Assembly: GCA_963823665.1 (NCBI GenBank) | Contig: CAWGMQ010000003.1 | Coordinates: 1,120,001 to 1,184,000 of the forward strand | Direction: 5' to 3' | Length of the DNA stretch: 64,000 nucleotides | Source: an uncultured Planctomycetota bacterium | Lineage (GTDB): Bacteria > Planctomycetota > Planctomycetia > Isosphaerales > Isosphaeraceae | Part shown: positions 13,242-24,546 of the stretch, one piece after another | How the letters are laid out: each line of letters begins with the position of its first letter | Position numbering within the stretch: position 1 is the first letter of the stretch | Position numbers and translations under genes: made by a program | The notes under the pieces: model-generated | Told to the model about the DNA's origin: nothing | Database searches by the model: none | What the model saw: only the letters and a program-made list of their open reading frames with translations

Positions 13242-14109
13242 CTACCGCGCTGGTGCCAGCATCGCACTACGGGGCAAGGGCTCGGCGTGCTGGTCGCGAT
13301 ACAGCTCCCTGGGCTGCTTGAAGAGCCAGGCCCAGTAGACCAGGCCGGCCGCGAAAAGTGCGACGCTGATATTCTGCGAGATCGTCATGCCGGCGAAGAA
13401 GACGCCCTCGTCATTGCGCAGGAGCTCGACCAGGAACCGCGTGATCGGGTAGGTAACCATCAACAGACCGAGCACTTCCCCATCGCGGCGGCGCAGGGGA
13501 TAGTAGGCCGACAACAGGAGCAGGAGGACCAGCCCGTCGAGCGAGGCGTAGATCTGGGTGGGATGGACGGGAAGCGACCAGAGGGCGTCGGGCGAGATCA
13601 ATGTGAGGGCTTCCTGATGCTGCCAGGGAGGCGATTCCCTGGGAAATGAGACGGCCCACGGCAGCGCGCACGAATCACCATAACAGCATCCGTTCAAAAA
13701 GCAGCCGATCCGGCCGAACATGGTCCCGATCGCGACGGAAGGTGCCATCACATCCATGTAGGGTCTGAGCGGGAAGGGCCTGTACCAGCGGTAAACAAAG
13801 AATGCGATCGTGCCGCCGACGATTCCGCCGTAGAAGACGATGCCGCCTTTCCAGTACTGGACGACGTCCCAGGACCGACTTGATTTCGCGCCCCCAGTAC
13901 TCGTAGCAATAGAACAAGCGGGCGCCGACCATTCCCGAGAAGCAGAGCCAGAAGGCCATATCCAGAATGACCTCGGGATCGAGCTTCTCACGCCTTGCCC
14001 GCCATACGGCGAGCCAGGTTGCCGAGATGAACGCCACCACAATCGAGACGCCGAAGCCGAAGACGCGCACGCCGCCGAAGATCGGTAACGTGAACAGAAC
14101 CTGCCTCAT
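13242..14109 (-). CDS. lgt: Prolipoprotein diacylglyceryl transferase; frameshifted
   Basis: GARLFY, GGIVFYGG, GRIGCFLNGCCYG, HPTQIY, RFLVELLR. Confidence 0.9.
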
Positions 14110-14120
14110 TGGGGGTACCC

Positions 14121-14151
14121 ATTTTGGATTTTGGATTTTCGATTTTGGATT
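14121..14151. repeat. Heptamer tandem repeat ATTTT(G/C)G x4
   Basis: attttgg attttgg attttcg attttgg att between panC and lgt. Confidence 0.85.
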
Positions 14152-14160
14152 GGGGCTCGC

Positions 14161-15019
14161 CTAGACGCTCAGGAGCATGTTGTCGATCAGGCGGGTGTTG
14201 CCGATGCGGACGGCAAGGAGCGCGACGGCGCGGGTGGCTTCTTCGAGACGCTCGAGCGGCTCCAGGGATTCTGCGCTGGCCAGCTCTGCATAGTCGAGCG
14301 TGGCGAGCGGCTCGGATTCTATCGTTTCCGCGAGAATCTGTCGAACCCGACTGACTTGCCGCTCGCCGGCGGTCGCGGCGCGTGCGTGCGTTTTCGAGCG
14401 CACGGAACAGCACTGCGGCAGCCTCGCGCTCGTCCGGGCTCAAGTAGCGGTTGCGACTGCTCATCGCCAGCCCATCCTCCTCTCGAATGGTAGGGCACGT
14501 GTCAATCTCGACGCCCTGGTGCAAGTCAGCAACCATCCGTCTGATCACGAGTTGCTGCTGGTAGTCCTTCTGGCCGAAGCAGGCGAGATCGGGGCGGACG
14601 ATTTCGAACAGCTTGAGGACGACGGTCGCGACGCCGCGGAAATGGTTCGGGCGGCTGGCGCCTTCGAGGATGTTTGCGAACTGAGGCACTTCTACCGACG
14701 TCGATTCCAAGCCGTGCGGATACATGGTCTGGATACTGGGAGCGAAGACGAGGGTTGCGCCGGAAGCCTCACACACCTGGAGGTCGTTTTCGAGGGCGCG
14801 CGGGTATCGGCTGAAGTCTTCGCGCGGGCCAAACTGGGTGGGATTGACGAAGATCGAGACGATCGTGATGCCGGTCTGGGCGTGACAGCGCTCGATCAGC
14901 CTGGCATGGCCGGCGTGCAGAGCGCCCATGGTGGGAACGAGCCCGATGCGGCGGCCCGATTCACGTGCGGCGGAAACCGCGGTGCGCACGGCGACTGTGT
15001 TCTCGAGCCGCTCAACCAC
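14161..15019 (-). CDS. panC: Pantoate--beta-alanine ligase; frameshift near 14390
   Basis: VPTMGALHAGH, SIFVNPTQF, RPNHFRGV, FGQKDYQQ, DGLAMSSRN, TRLIDN. Confidence 0.95.
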
Positions 15020-15389
15020 GCGACTCGCTCCGAGGCTTGCCACCGCGGTGCGGGCACCCGGGGTTGTTCAAGCATTCGTCAGGAATCAGCAGGTCGTCAA
15101 CGACCTCGCCGCGAGAGATTGTGCTGGCCACGATTCGCGGCACGTCGGCAATCGTGACCCGACCATACCAGATACCGGCCGGATAGATGACCACGGTTGG
15201 CCCGTGCTCGCACTGGTCGAGGCAGCCTGCGTGGTTGGCGCGGACCGACGCGCTCGATCCGGCGGCCTTGAGCTCCTTCTTGAACGCCTCACGAAGCGCC
15301 TGTGCTCCCTCGGGGTCGCAACAACCGCGCTTGTGCCCGGGCTCACGGACGTTTCCGCATACGAAGATATGATGGGTAAATGACGGCAT
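15012..15389 (-). CDS. Thioredoxin-like [2Fe-2S] ferredoxin
   Basis: HIFVC..RGCC, GCLDQCEHGP, VIYPAGIWY. Confidence 0.9.
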   Translation of the reverse strand: MPSFTHHIFVCGNVREPGHKRGCCDPEGAQALREAFKKELKAAGSSASVRANHAGCLDQCEHGPTVVIYPAGIWYGRVTIADVPRIVASTISRGEVVDDLLIPDECLNNPGCPHRGGKPRSESRG

Positions 15390-15616
15390 GGTGCTTGAAA
15401 AATAGGTCTCCAGTGCGCTCGGCCGCTACGTTTGGCGAAGCATGATTGCTGGCACTAGATTAGCAATTTGACCGTCTCTTTGCAGCATGGGATTTGTTGG
15501 TTGAGCTTGCCCGAAGTTCAGGGCCGGGCTAACATTCCGCGGCGGTCTGGTGATTCGGCGATGCGGGCGGCCTGATTTTCTGGTCGGGCTCGACGATCGT
15601 CTGGCGGTGTTCTCAG

Positions 15617-17371
15617 GTGGTCGATTGCGTGTCGTCGATATCGATTTCCAGCCTCGATGATCCTGGGCCTCTTGTTGCGGCGACTATGTGCGGCGACAGG
15701 GAGCTGGCCAACCGGCGTGTGGAGCGGGTGATCTGGGCTTTCGTGGGCCTGGGCGTGCTGCTGCGCATCGGCCGCTACGCGATGGACTACCCGCTGTGGT
15801 GGGATGAGGCATTTGTTGCAGTCAACTTCATTCGCCGTGACTACCTCGCGCTGCTCAGGCCACTGGACTATGGGCAGGTTTGCCCGGTCCTTTTTTTGTG
15901 GGCCGAGCTGACTGTTGTGAAGTTGCTGGGTTTCACCGAGTGGTCGCTCCGGCTGTTCCCGCTGGTATGCGCCATCTTGAGCGTGGTGCTCTTTCGGCGT
16001 ATGGCCGGCAGTGTCGTGCGGGGCGTTCCCTTGCTGCTGGCCGTGGCGATCTTCGCGGTGGCGTATCACCCGATCCGTCACGCTGCCGATGTCAAGCCAT
16101 ACGCTTCGGATCTCCTGGCGGCGCTCGCGTTGCTCACGCTGGCGTTTGAATGGTGGCGGGAGCCGGAACGGGCCGGGCGCATGTGGGCCCTGGCGGCAGT
16201 TGCACCGATTGCGGTCGCGCTGTCGCACCCGGCGGTGTTCGTGGCCGGTGGAATCGCGCTGGGTCTGTTTCCGTCGGTCGCGAGAGCGAGGCGACGCACG
16301 GTTTGGATTGCCTACGCGACATTCGGCCTGAGCACAGTCGGCGTGTTCGTCGCCTTGTACTTCGCGTTTACCAGGGCTCAGTCAAATTCGACGCTCGCCG
16401 GCATGCAGGCCCAATGGGTGGCGGCGTTCCCGCCGCTGGGCGACCCCGTGAAGCTGGCAGGATGGCTGGCGACGGTGCATACCGGGAGCATGTTCGCCTA
16501 TCCCTGCGGGGGAGAGCGGGGAGGGAGCGCATTGACTCTTTTGCTATTCGCCGTTGGGGCCGTGGCGCTTTGGATCGGGCGGAGAAAGGGGATCTTGCTC
16601 ATTTGCCTGGCGCCGTTCGGACTGACACTGATCGCTGCCGCGATCAAGCGCTATCCGTATGGCGGGGTCGCACACGGGTCGCCCGCGCGGGTGATGCAAT
16701 ATCTTGCGCCGAGCATCTGCCTGCTGGCAGGCTTGGGGTCTGCGACCGTGCTGGGCTATTTCCGCGGCCCTCGAGTTCGGCGATGGGGCTTGCCCGGCGT
16801 GCTGCTGGGGCTCGCCGCGGTAGGGGTACTGCCGCTGGTTGCAGAGGCACGACATCCTTTCCGCGCAATCCACGCTCAGAGAGCCCGCGAGTTTGCGCGG
16901 CAGTTCTGGCCTGAATTCGACCGCGGGGCGGAGCTGATTTGCTTGCGATGGGATCTTGGTGTGGGGGCGTGGGACTCGACGAACCTGAACGTGGCGGTGT
17001 ACTTGTGCAACCAGATGATCTATGCCCCGCACCGGCGGCAAGGATGGGAGGCGCGGTGGCAGAGTGTCTCGGAGGATCGGCCACTGCGGTGCGTTGTGTC
17101 GCTCGAGGACCCGGGTGGAGGCTCGGTGGCCGGCTGGCTGGACGCGATGAAGCAGAACTATCGGTTGAGCCGGTGGCGGCGGATTGATGTCGATATGGGC
17201 GGCACCGTGGCGAACCCCAGGATCGAGCAGTATTTCGTTTATGAGTTTGTGCCGATGCGATCAGCGTCTGTGGCTCGGAGCGAGGGTGTAAACACCCGAG
17301 AGCTCGAGACCGGCACCAACCCCACATATCTTGCCAAAACTGGATTGAAGTCATTGGGCACGGGGCACTAA
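15617..17371 (+). CDS. GT-C / GT39-like integral membrane glycosyltransferase
   Basis: LWWDE motif after first TM, EWSLRL, many TM helices; start could be 15687. Confidence 0.75.
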   Translation: MVDCVSSISISSLDDPGPLVAATMCGDRELANRRVERVIWAFVGLGVLLRIGRYAMDYPLWWDEAFVAVNFIRRDYLALLRPLDYGQVCPVLFLWAELTVVKLLGFTEWSLRLFPLVCAILSVVLFRRMAGSVVRGVPLLLAVAIFAVAYHPIRHAADVKPYASDLLAALALLTLAFEWWREPERAGRMWALAAVAPIAVALSHPAVFVAGGIALGLFPSVARARRRTVWIAYATFGLSTVGVFVALYFAFTRAQSNSTLAGMQAQWVAAFPPLGDPVKLAGWLATVHTGSMFAYPCGGERGGSALTLLLFAVGAVALWIGRRKGILLICLAPFGLTLIAAAIKRYPYGGVAHGSPARVMQYLAPSICLLAGLGSATVLGYFRGPRVRRWGLPGVLLGLAAVGVLPLVAEARHPFRAIHAQRAREFARQFWPEFDRGAELICLRWDLGVGAWDSTNLNVAVYLCNQMIYAPHRRQGWEARWQSVSEDRPLRCVVSLEDPGGGSVAGWLDAMKQNYRLSRWRRIDVDMGGTVANPRIEQYFVYEFVPMRSASVARSEGVNTRELETGTNPTYLAKTGLKSLGTGH

Positions 17372-17388
17372 AGGTTCCTGGCACCTTT
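17363..17388. repeat. Palindromic REP-like element, copy 1 (GGGCACTAAAGGTTCCTGGCACCTTT)
   Basis: AAAGGT..ACCTTT inverted repeat; 24/26 identical to 27905-27930. Confidence 0.75.
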
Positions 17389-17701
17389 ATCGTCGGGGCG
17401 CCAGGGTGAGCAACCGCGGCGGCTGTCCCGATCATTCGTGCCGCCGAAGGGGCTGGAGCCCGAAGGAACTGATGGATAGGATGGACGGCTACGTAAAGCA
17501 GGCCCGGGAGCGGGCAGTTCCCGCCGCCTGCGCCGCCAGCATCAGCGGCTTGTCCGCCAAGAGCTGAATGGCCTCGACGTGGATGCGGTCCCAGACGACA
17601 CGGTCACCCCCGTCGAACGAGAATGCCGGCAGGAAAACCTCCGCTGGGGCGGGTGATCGCCGCCGAGCTACACTCACCGCGTGGAACCGCGAGAGCGACC
17701 G

Positions 17702-20700
17702 ATGAATGAACCGCACGATCCCGAGCAGACGGTGGATAGTCCAACGGTGCGCAGCGGTTCCGTCGATGCGGGCCCGACGGGAGAGGTCACCGCGCCGGCT
17801 GATGCCCCTCGGAGCGTCCTGTCGGAGCTGCGCTCCACGCTGGGTCCGCTGCAGCCGCCGCGCTTGCGCGAGGCCGATGCCCAAACCGCGCAGACGGTTC
17901 AGGCAAAATCCGATGAGAGACCGCGGTCGGAAAACGCCGGCGCCCGGTATCAGGTGTCGGGCGAGATCGCCCGTGGCGGCATGGGGGCAATCCTCCGCGG
18001 GCGTGACATCGACCTGGGCAGAGACCTCGCGGTCAAGGTGCTGCTCGAGAGGTACGTCGACCGCCCGGACATGGCGCGGCGGTTCGTTGAAGAAGCGCAG
18101 ATCGGCGGTCAGTTGCAACATCCGGGCGTCGTGCCGATCTACGACATCGGCCGCTTCGGCAGCCAGCCGTTCTTCACGATGAAGCTGGTGAAAGGCCAAA
18201 CCTTGGCGGCCCTGCTCTGCGAGCGCTGCGAACCGGCCGCGGACCGGCCGCGTTTTCTCTCCATCGCTCTTCAGGTGGCGCACACGCTGGCTTACGCCCA
18301 TGCCAGGGGCGTGATCCACCGTGACCTGAAGCCGGCGAACATCATGGTGGGGAGCTTCGGCGAAGTGCAGGTCATGGACTGGGGCCTGGCTAAAGTGCTG
18401 GCCGCCAACGGGATCGAAGACCAAGAAAAAGCGGGCGAGGCGCATCAAGAACAGGAAAATGTGACGACCGTTCGCACGGCGCGGAGCAGCGGCTCCTTCG
18501 GGAGTTTCGGCACTGACACCGAGGCCGGCTCGGTGCTGGGCACTCCGGCCTACATGGCGCCGGAACAGGCCAGCGGCGACATCGCGAATCTGGATCGCCG
18601 GGCCGATGTGTTCGGCTTTGGCGCGATCCTCTGCGAGATCTTGACAGGCCAACCGCCGTATCTGGGCCGATCGGCCGAGGAAGTTCGTCGTAAAGCAGCC
18701 AATGGGGATCTTGCTGATGCTCGGGAGCGGCTGAAGGACTGCGGCGCCGACGCGGAGCTGATCAACTTGACCCGGGCTTGCCTGGCTCCGGAAGCGGTCG
18801 ATCGCCCCAAAGACGCGCAGGAGGTGGCTGAGGCCCTCACGGCCCATCTTGATGGCGTGCAAGACCGCCTGCGCAAGGCGGAGCTGGCGGAAGCGGAAGC
18901 GAAGACCAAGGCCGTGGAGGAAGCCAAGCGCCGCCGGCTGACGCTGGTGCTGGCGTCGACGGTGCTCTTGGCGATGGCGCTGGGTGGGGGCGGCTTGCTT
19001 TGGGTGAAGGTCGAACGCGATGCGCGCCAGATCGCGCTCTCCCGCGATGTGAACGAGGCCCTGAACAAGGCAACGGTCTTGCGCGAGCAAGCGAAAGCGG
19101 TGACAGCCGGCGGCGCGGCCCTGTTCGCGCAAGCGCGCGAGCAAGCGCAGCGGGCGCTGGCGCTGGTCGAGAACGGCCCCGCTGAATCGGCGCTGGTGGC
19201 CCAGGTGAAGCGACTGCAGAACGAGCTGGACCAGGAGGAGGATGACCGCGCGCTGGTCGCCGCCCTCGACACCGCCAGGTTGGCCCAGGCCGAGACAGTG
19301 AGCGGCGAGAACCGGTTCGCCCGAGAGCGTGCCATTCCCCTCTTTCGAGAGGCGTTTCGGGCGTACCGCTTGGCGGCGGGCAAAGGCGACCCGGCGGCCG
19401 CGGTGGCACGCATCCGGGAGCGGCCGGCGCCGGTGCGAGAAGCGCTATTGGCCGCACTGGACGAGTGGGACGACCTGGCGGACAACCCGATTTACCGAAT
19501 CAATGAACCGCACCGGGAGTGGCTCCGAGCCGTTCTCGAGGCGGCCGAGCCCGGCGACGGCTGGAGCGGGCAAGTGCGGACCGCCCGTCGGGAGAGCGAC
19601 GTCGCCAAGCGGCGCGCGGCGCTCGATGCGCTGGCCGAGGCAGCCGACGTCCGCAAGATACCGGCCCGGGCGCTGACCAGACTCGCGGGCAAGCTCGGGC
19701 CGGCCCAACAAGCCAAACTGCTGCGGCGAGCCCAAGAACAATACCCGGCTGACTTCTGGCTCAACCACGACCTGGGGTGGGCGCTGCAAACCGTGACACC
19801 GCCTGAGAACGACGCGGCCGTGCGTTTCCTGACAGCCGCGGTAGCCCTGCGCCCGGCGAGCCCGGGGTGCTACGTCAACCTGGGCATCGCACTCCGCGGC
19901 CAAGGGCACATTGACGAGGCGATCGCCTGCTACCAGCGGGCCCTCGAACTCGACCCGAATTACAGCGCGGCCCACACCGGGCTCAGCCATGCGCTGTTCG
20001 TCGGGGGCCAAATCGAGCCGGCCATCGTCAGCCTGCGGAAGGCGATTGAACTCGCGCCGGAGAACACATGGGCACTCAGTGGACTGGGTGCGATTTTGTG
20101 CGACTACAAGCGCGATTACGACGGGGCACTCGAGTATTTCCGTAAGGCCCTTGAGCTCGAACCGGATATCGCGGGGCATCACTACAACCTGGGCAATGCG
20201 CTCGTCGGAAAACGTCGACTCGACGAGGCGATCGCATCCTTCCGCAGGGCCACTGAACTCGACCCGAACCTTGCCTCGGCCCACATGAAACTCGGCTCCG
20301 CCCTGCGTGACAAGGGCCGGGCCGGCGAGGCGATCGCCAGCTCTCGCAAGGCCGCCCTACTCGACCCGAGGTCGGCTGAGGCACACTACAACCTGGGTAA
20401 TGCGCTGCGGGACAACGGTCAGATCGACGAAGCTATCGCCAGCTTCCACAAGGCCATCGAGCTCGACCCGAAGTTCGCGCGAGCGCACTACGCTCTGGGC
20501 AATGCGCTCCGGGACAACGGTCAGATCGATGAAGCTATCGCCAGCTTCCACAGGGCCATCGAGTGCGACCCGAAGCACGCCGAGAGTCACGTGAACCTGG
20601 GCGCCCTGCTGTGTGATTTCAAACGGGATTACGCGGGTGCGATCGCTTCGTTCCGCAAGGGCATTGCGCTCGAGCCAAAGCTGGTGGTTGCGCATTTCAA

Positions 20701-21775
20701 CCTGGGCCATGCGCTTGAGGCCAACGGTCAGATCAATGAGGCGATCGCCAGCTTCCGGGAGGCCATCGAGCTCGATCCCACGTCGGCTAAGATTCGCGTC
20801 AGTCTGGGTGCGATTCTCTGCGATGTGAAGCGCGATTACGACGCGGCGATTGTCTGCTTTGAAAAAGCGATCGAACTTGACCCGAGGATTGCGCAGGCCC
20901 ATGGTGACCTCGGTGTGGCTCTCAACGCCAAGGGCCAGGTCCAGGCGGCCATGGCCAGCTTCCAGAAGGCCATCGAGCTTGATCCGAAGGACGCCAATTT
21001 TCACGATTGGGTCGCCTATCTCAAGTTGACCCATGGTGATCCGGCCGGCGCACTGCCGGTTGCCGAAACAGCCGCCAAACTCGAGCGGAACTCGGCCCAA
21101 ATCCAATTGAACCTGGGACGTGCGCGCGCGGGAACCGGCGATCCTGACGGGGCAGTCGCGGCGTTCAGTGAGGCGCTACGGCTCGATCCCAACAATGAGT
21201 ACGCCCGTGCGGCTCGTACCGAGGCGCAGAGGGACCGCGATCTTCTTCTGCGCCTGCCGGACATCGCTGCCGGCAACGCGGAGCCGAAGACCGCGCGCGA
21301 GGGATGCCGGCTTGCCACACTCTGTGCCTTACAACGGAAACGATACACGACCGGCGTCCGACTGTTCGAAGCAGCATTCGCCACCGACCCCAACTTGGCT
21401 GAAAACATGAAAGTCGCGCACCGCTACAACGCCGCCTGCCTCGCCGCGCTGGCAGCCGCCGGCGCGGACGAGGAATCGGCGAAGCTCGACGACAACGAGC
21501 GAGCCCGCTTGCGGAAGCAAGCCCTCACGTGGCTCCGCGCCGACCTGGCCGTGTGGAGCAAGCAACTGGAGCGCGGTCAAGGTTCCGACCACGCCGATGG
21601 CCGGTCGGCGCTGCGGCGCTGGCAGCAAGACTCCGACCTTGCCAGCATCCGTGATGAAGCGGCACTGGCGAGACTGCGGCCTGACGACCGCACGGCCTTC
21701 ACCGAATTCTGGGCCGACGTGGCGGCACTACTCAAGAAGGCCCAATCGCCACCTGTGAAGGAATTCAAGCACTAA
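17702..21775 (+). CDS. Serine/threonine protein kinase with TM segment and long TPR array (STK1)
   Basis: IARGGMG, AVK, HRDLKPAN, DWGLAK, GTPAYMAPE; TM; many TPRs; C-terminal RYNAAC..WLRADL domain. Confidence 0.95.
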   Translation: MNEPHDPEQTVDSPTVRSGSVDAGPTGEVTAPADAPRSVLSELRSTLGPLQPPRLREADAQTAQTVQAKSDERPRSENAGARYQVSGEIARGGMGAILRGRDIDLGRDLAVKVLLERYVDRPDMARRFVEEAQIGGQLQHPGVVPIYDIGRFGSQPFFTMKLVKGQTLAALLCERCEPAADRPRFLSIALQVAHTLAYAHARGVIHRDLKPANIMVGSFGEVQVMDWGLAKVLAANGIEDQEKAGEAHQEQENVTTVRTARSSGSFGSFGTDTEAGSVLGTPAYMAPEQASGDIANLDRRADVFGFGAILCEILTGQPPYLGRSAEEVRRKAANGDLADARERLKDCGADAELINLTRACLAPEAVDRPKDAQEVAEALTAHLDGVQDRLRKAELAEAEAKTKAVEEAKRRRLTLVLASTVLLAMALGGGGLLWVKVERDARQIALSRDVNEALNKATVLREQAKAVTAGGAALFAQAREQAQRALALVENGPAESALVAQVKRLQNELDQEEDDRALVAALDTARLAQAETVSGENRFARERAIPLFREAFRAYRLAAGKGDPAAAVARIRERPAPVREALLAALDEWDDLADNPIYRINEPHREWLRAVLEAAEPGDGWSGQVRTARRESDVAKRRAALDALAEAADVRKIPARALTRLAGKLGPAQQAKLLRRAQEQYPADFWLNHDLGWALQTVTPPENDAAVRFLTAAVALRPASPGCYVNLGIALRGQGHIDEAIACYQRALELDPNYSAAHTGLSHALFVGGQIEPAIVSLRKAIELAPENTWALSGLGAILCDYKRDYDGALEYFRKALELEPDIAGHHYNLGNALVGKRRLDEAIASFRRATELDPNLASAHMKLGSALRDKGRAGEAIASSRKAALLDPRSAEAHYNLGNALRDNGQIDEAIASFHKAIELDPKFARAHYALGNALRDNGQIDEAIASFHRAIECDPKHAESHVNLGALLCDFKRDYAGAIASFRKGIALEPKLVVAHFNLGHALEANGQINEAIASFREAIELDPTSAKIRVSLGAILCDVKRDYDAAIVCFEKAIELDPRIAQAHGDLGVALNAKGQVQAAMASFQKAIELDPKDANFHDWVAYLKLTHGDPAGALPVAETAAKLERNSAQIQLNLGRARAGTGDPDGAVAAFSEALRLDPNNEYARAARTEAQRDRDLLLRLPDIAAGNAEPKTAREGCRLATLCALQRKRYTTGVRLFEAAFATDPNLAENMKVAHRYNAACLAALAAAGADEESAKLDDNERARLRKQALTWLRADLAVWSKQLERGQGSDHADGRSALRRWQQDSDLASIRDEAALARLRPDDRTAFTEFWADVAALLKKAQSPPVKEFKH

Positions 21776-21871
21776 CGTTTATTTATAACTTTGTGTCGCT
21801 GCGATCGGCGACTGGGGAGCTTGGTGAGGGCGAGGCGGCCTCTCGGGTTCGAGATCGCCCGCGCGGCTCCC

Positions 21872-24268
21872 TTACCGCGCTCGGCGCAGTCGCCGCGGCA
21901 GGCCGGAATAGATCGCAAGCGTGCCCAGGTTGGTGAGGATCACGGCCGAGAAACTGGTGAAGCCCAGGAGGAATGCTCCTGCGACGCTCGCGGCGTTGGG
22001 CAGCAGCGCCGCGCCATGAACCGCTCGGATGCGATCGATGTGAGATCGCGCGAGCGCGCGAAGTGGGCCAAGCCAGCCGAGATCGCGCCGCAGTACCAGC
22101 ACGGCGGCCGGATCGTTGTCCGGGTCAAATTCTTCGGCGACGGAGATCGCCAGAAAGGCTTCGCGAGCAACCTCCGGATGGCGCCGGCAATCGCCGACAT
22201 AAATTGCTTTGAAGCCACGCTGGCGAAGTGACGCGAGCACGTTTCGCTTCGCATCCGAAGTGATTCCGGCAGCGTGAATTTCGAAATCCCAGCGCGGCTG
22301 CCAGGGAGCGAGCAACGTCGTCAGGACGATCGGAAACCAGGCCGATCGGCAATGCGTCCTGTCGCCTCAGCTCCTGGATCGCTTCGAGGGCGTGGGGCTC
22401 GCCTGCGAATCCAAACGTGACCATCCCCGCGAGCCGTCCATCGCACAAGACCTCGATTGGCCTTGCCGTCGCGCTGGAGGATCCAGCCTCGGGCGCCTTG
22501 CGCACGCTGATGTGCGCGCGCCGTGCTCGAACGTGATGCCCTCGCCACGATAGCCGGGCACGATGTCGAGGGGTGCAATCCGATTCGTCGCGCAGGCCTT
22601 TTGCAGCGCGAATGCTCGCTCATCACCGAGGTCGCGAAAGGCGGTGGCGCAGAAACACAGAATCTCCGCCTCGGCGGTGCCGTCGCGACTCTCGACACTG
22701 GCGACCTTGACCCGGGCCTGTTCCAGGGCCGGCACATGGTCGAACAGGATCAAATCTGCGGAGGCGATGCGCTCGAACGCCGACGCGTCGCGAATCAGCA
22801 CTCCGTGGCTGGCGGCGGCCGCGATGTCGCGAAGCGATTCGAGGGAGACGCCCATGCCGGGACCCGTGCTGTAATCCGGCCGGAGGATTGCGGTCGCCAT
22901 GGAGAGATCGCCGACGAGAAGGCCGATTCCGGCGGCGGCCAGCGTTGAGGGAACGGCGCGGTGGCCGAAGCGCTCACCGTGTGTTGTCACGGCGAGGCCG
23001 GTCGGCAAGTGCACGGCCGCACCGGCCAGCTCACGGGCGATCCGAGCGGCACGCGCGGTGTGAGCCAGCTCCGAGACCTCAATTTCCAGCGTGCCTTCAA
23101 CCGACCATGAACCCGCGAAGATCGGATCACCGGCCTGCTTGAGCGTCAGACCTGTTGTGCCGCCCACCAGTCGCTCATCGACGACGGCGGGGCCGTCGAC
23201 CAAGCGCCCGTCGGCTGGAATGAGCTCTCCTGTCTCGACCTGAATCCGGTCTCCCGCCCGTAGCCGCTCGATCGGTAGCTCCACGTGCCGCGCGCCGGCA
23301 CAGAGCCGGGCAAACCGCCGCCGCTGCGCCAAGGGTGCAAGCAACTGCCGGCGCAACTGGAACTGGGCCACGCGATGCTGATGCCGCCAGAAAATGACCG
23401 TCCAGGCCATGATCGACGCGGTCAAGAAGTCACCGCTTGCGAGCGTGCCCCCGACGATCGTGCTGAAGAGAACCGGCAGACTCAAATGCCGGCGGCGCAG
23501 ATCACGCCACGCCGCCTTGATGACCGTACGGTTTGAAGCCAGCAGCAGAATTGCGCTGGCGGGCAACAGGATCGGCAAGGCAAATGTTCCAAGAGCCGCG
23601 AGGCCGACGGAGGCATTCACAAGCCCGAATCGAACCAGCGGCGGGTGTGCGCTGGCCTGGGCGATCTCGCCGGTTTCCAGGCGCAGGCGCTCGAGCAAAT
23701 GGAGCAAGTGCCTCGGTGTGATGGCGCGCGATTCGAAATGGACGAGCAGGCTGCCGGTGAGCTGCCTGATGCGCACGTCGGTCACCCCGTGCGCACCGGT
23801 GAGCTCGGCTTCGGCGCGGGCGGCGAGGTCGCGATTGCTGTTCAAGTCTTCGCTACGGAACCGAATCCGACCGGGCAGGAAGCTCAGAATCTCCCACGTG
23901 GAGAGCAGTGATTCGTGTCGAAATATCTTGAGCGTGGGCTGGTTTGCCGAGGGCCAGGGCGGGGGCTTGTCCGTGGCGACCTCGTCTGCCACGCTCCCAC
24001 CGCGCATCACGGTGGCCAGGCGTGCCAGCACGTCGGCGGCAGCCCGTTCCGTCGAATCATACTTAATCACCGCCTGGCGCGCGGTGAAATCGATTTCGAG
24101 AGACCGAACCTCGCTCAGACGAAAGATCCTGGCGACGAATTTCCGGCAGGCGCCGGGGCGCTTTCGATCGAACAGCCGATCGTCGACGAGCCGAATGGTT
24201 CCGTCGGCCCAGGCAACTGCCGGGCGTGCCGCATCGTCGTTCTCGCCGTTGCCTCGTTCAGCGTGCAT
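21872..24268 (-). CDS. P1B-type (heavy-metal) ATPase-like protein with N-terminal HMA-like domains; catalytic motifs degenerate; frameshifts near 22500 and 22300
   Basis: PGRIR..GVTDV..TGSLLVHF HMA-like domain; GELIPADG actuator; RPDYSTG; GVLIRD..FE; DHVPAL in place of DKTGT; YVGD in place of GDGIND. Confidence 0.75.
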
Positions 24269-24277
24269 TGGCGTCCG

Positions 24278-24546
24278 CTAAGAGGTCTGGCCATTGGCTT
24301 CCTGCGCGTGGCGCTCTGGCCCGCCGCAGCCATCGCGTCTTGCATGGCTTCGACTCGCTCGCCTACCCGGCGCGCGGCCGAGGCATACGCGTCGCCGAAT
24401 GCCTCGCTGGCGGTCTCGAGCAACGGGCCGACCTTCTCCTTCAGCGGGCCGAGCTGCTCCTTGATCTTGTCCCAGTTCTTGGCGATCACAACCCCCGCAA
24501 TGGCACCGCCGCAGAGGAACATCAACTCAGATCTGGTGACCGGCAT
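24278..24546 (-). CDS. Small membrane-anchored protein with GxxxG motif, upstream of the P1B-ATPase-like gene (FezA-like architecture); 3' end uncertain
   Basis: MPVTRSELMFLCGGAIAGVVIAK, then amphipathic helix ..VGERVEAMQDAMA; AGGAGG RBS. Confidence 0.6.

Noticed and set aside
941..15043. Many frameshifts in housekeeping genes read as pseudogenisation or programmed frameshifting
   Set aside because: Single-base indels hit conserved core genes (kdsB, lgt, panC) indiscriminately; most consistent with long-read consensus error
17489..19144. Long antisense ORFs (551 aa here; also 50432-51859, 59816-60850 and others)
   Set aside because: Shadow frames of real genes or of repeats in high-GC DNA; no recognisable motifs
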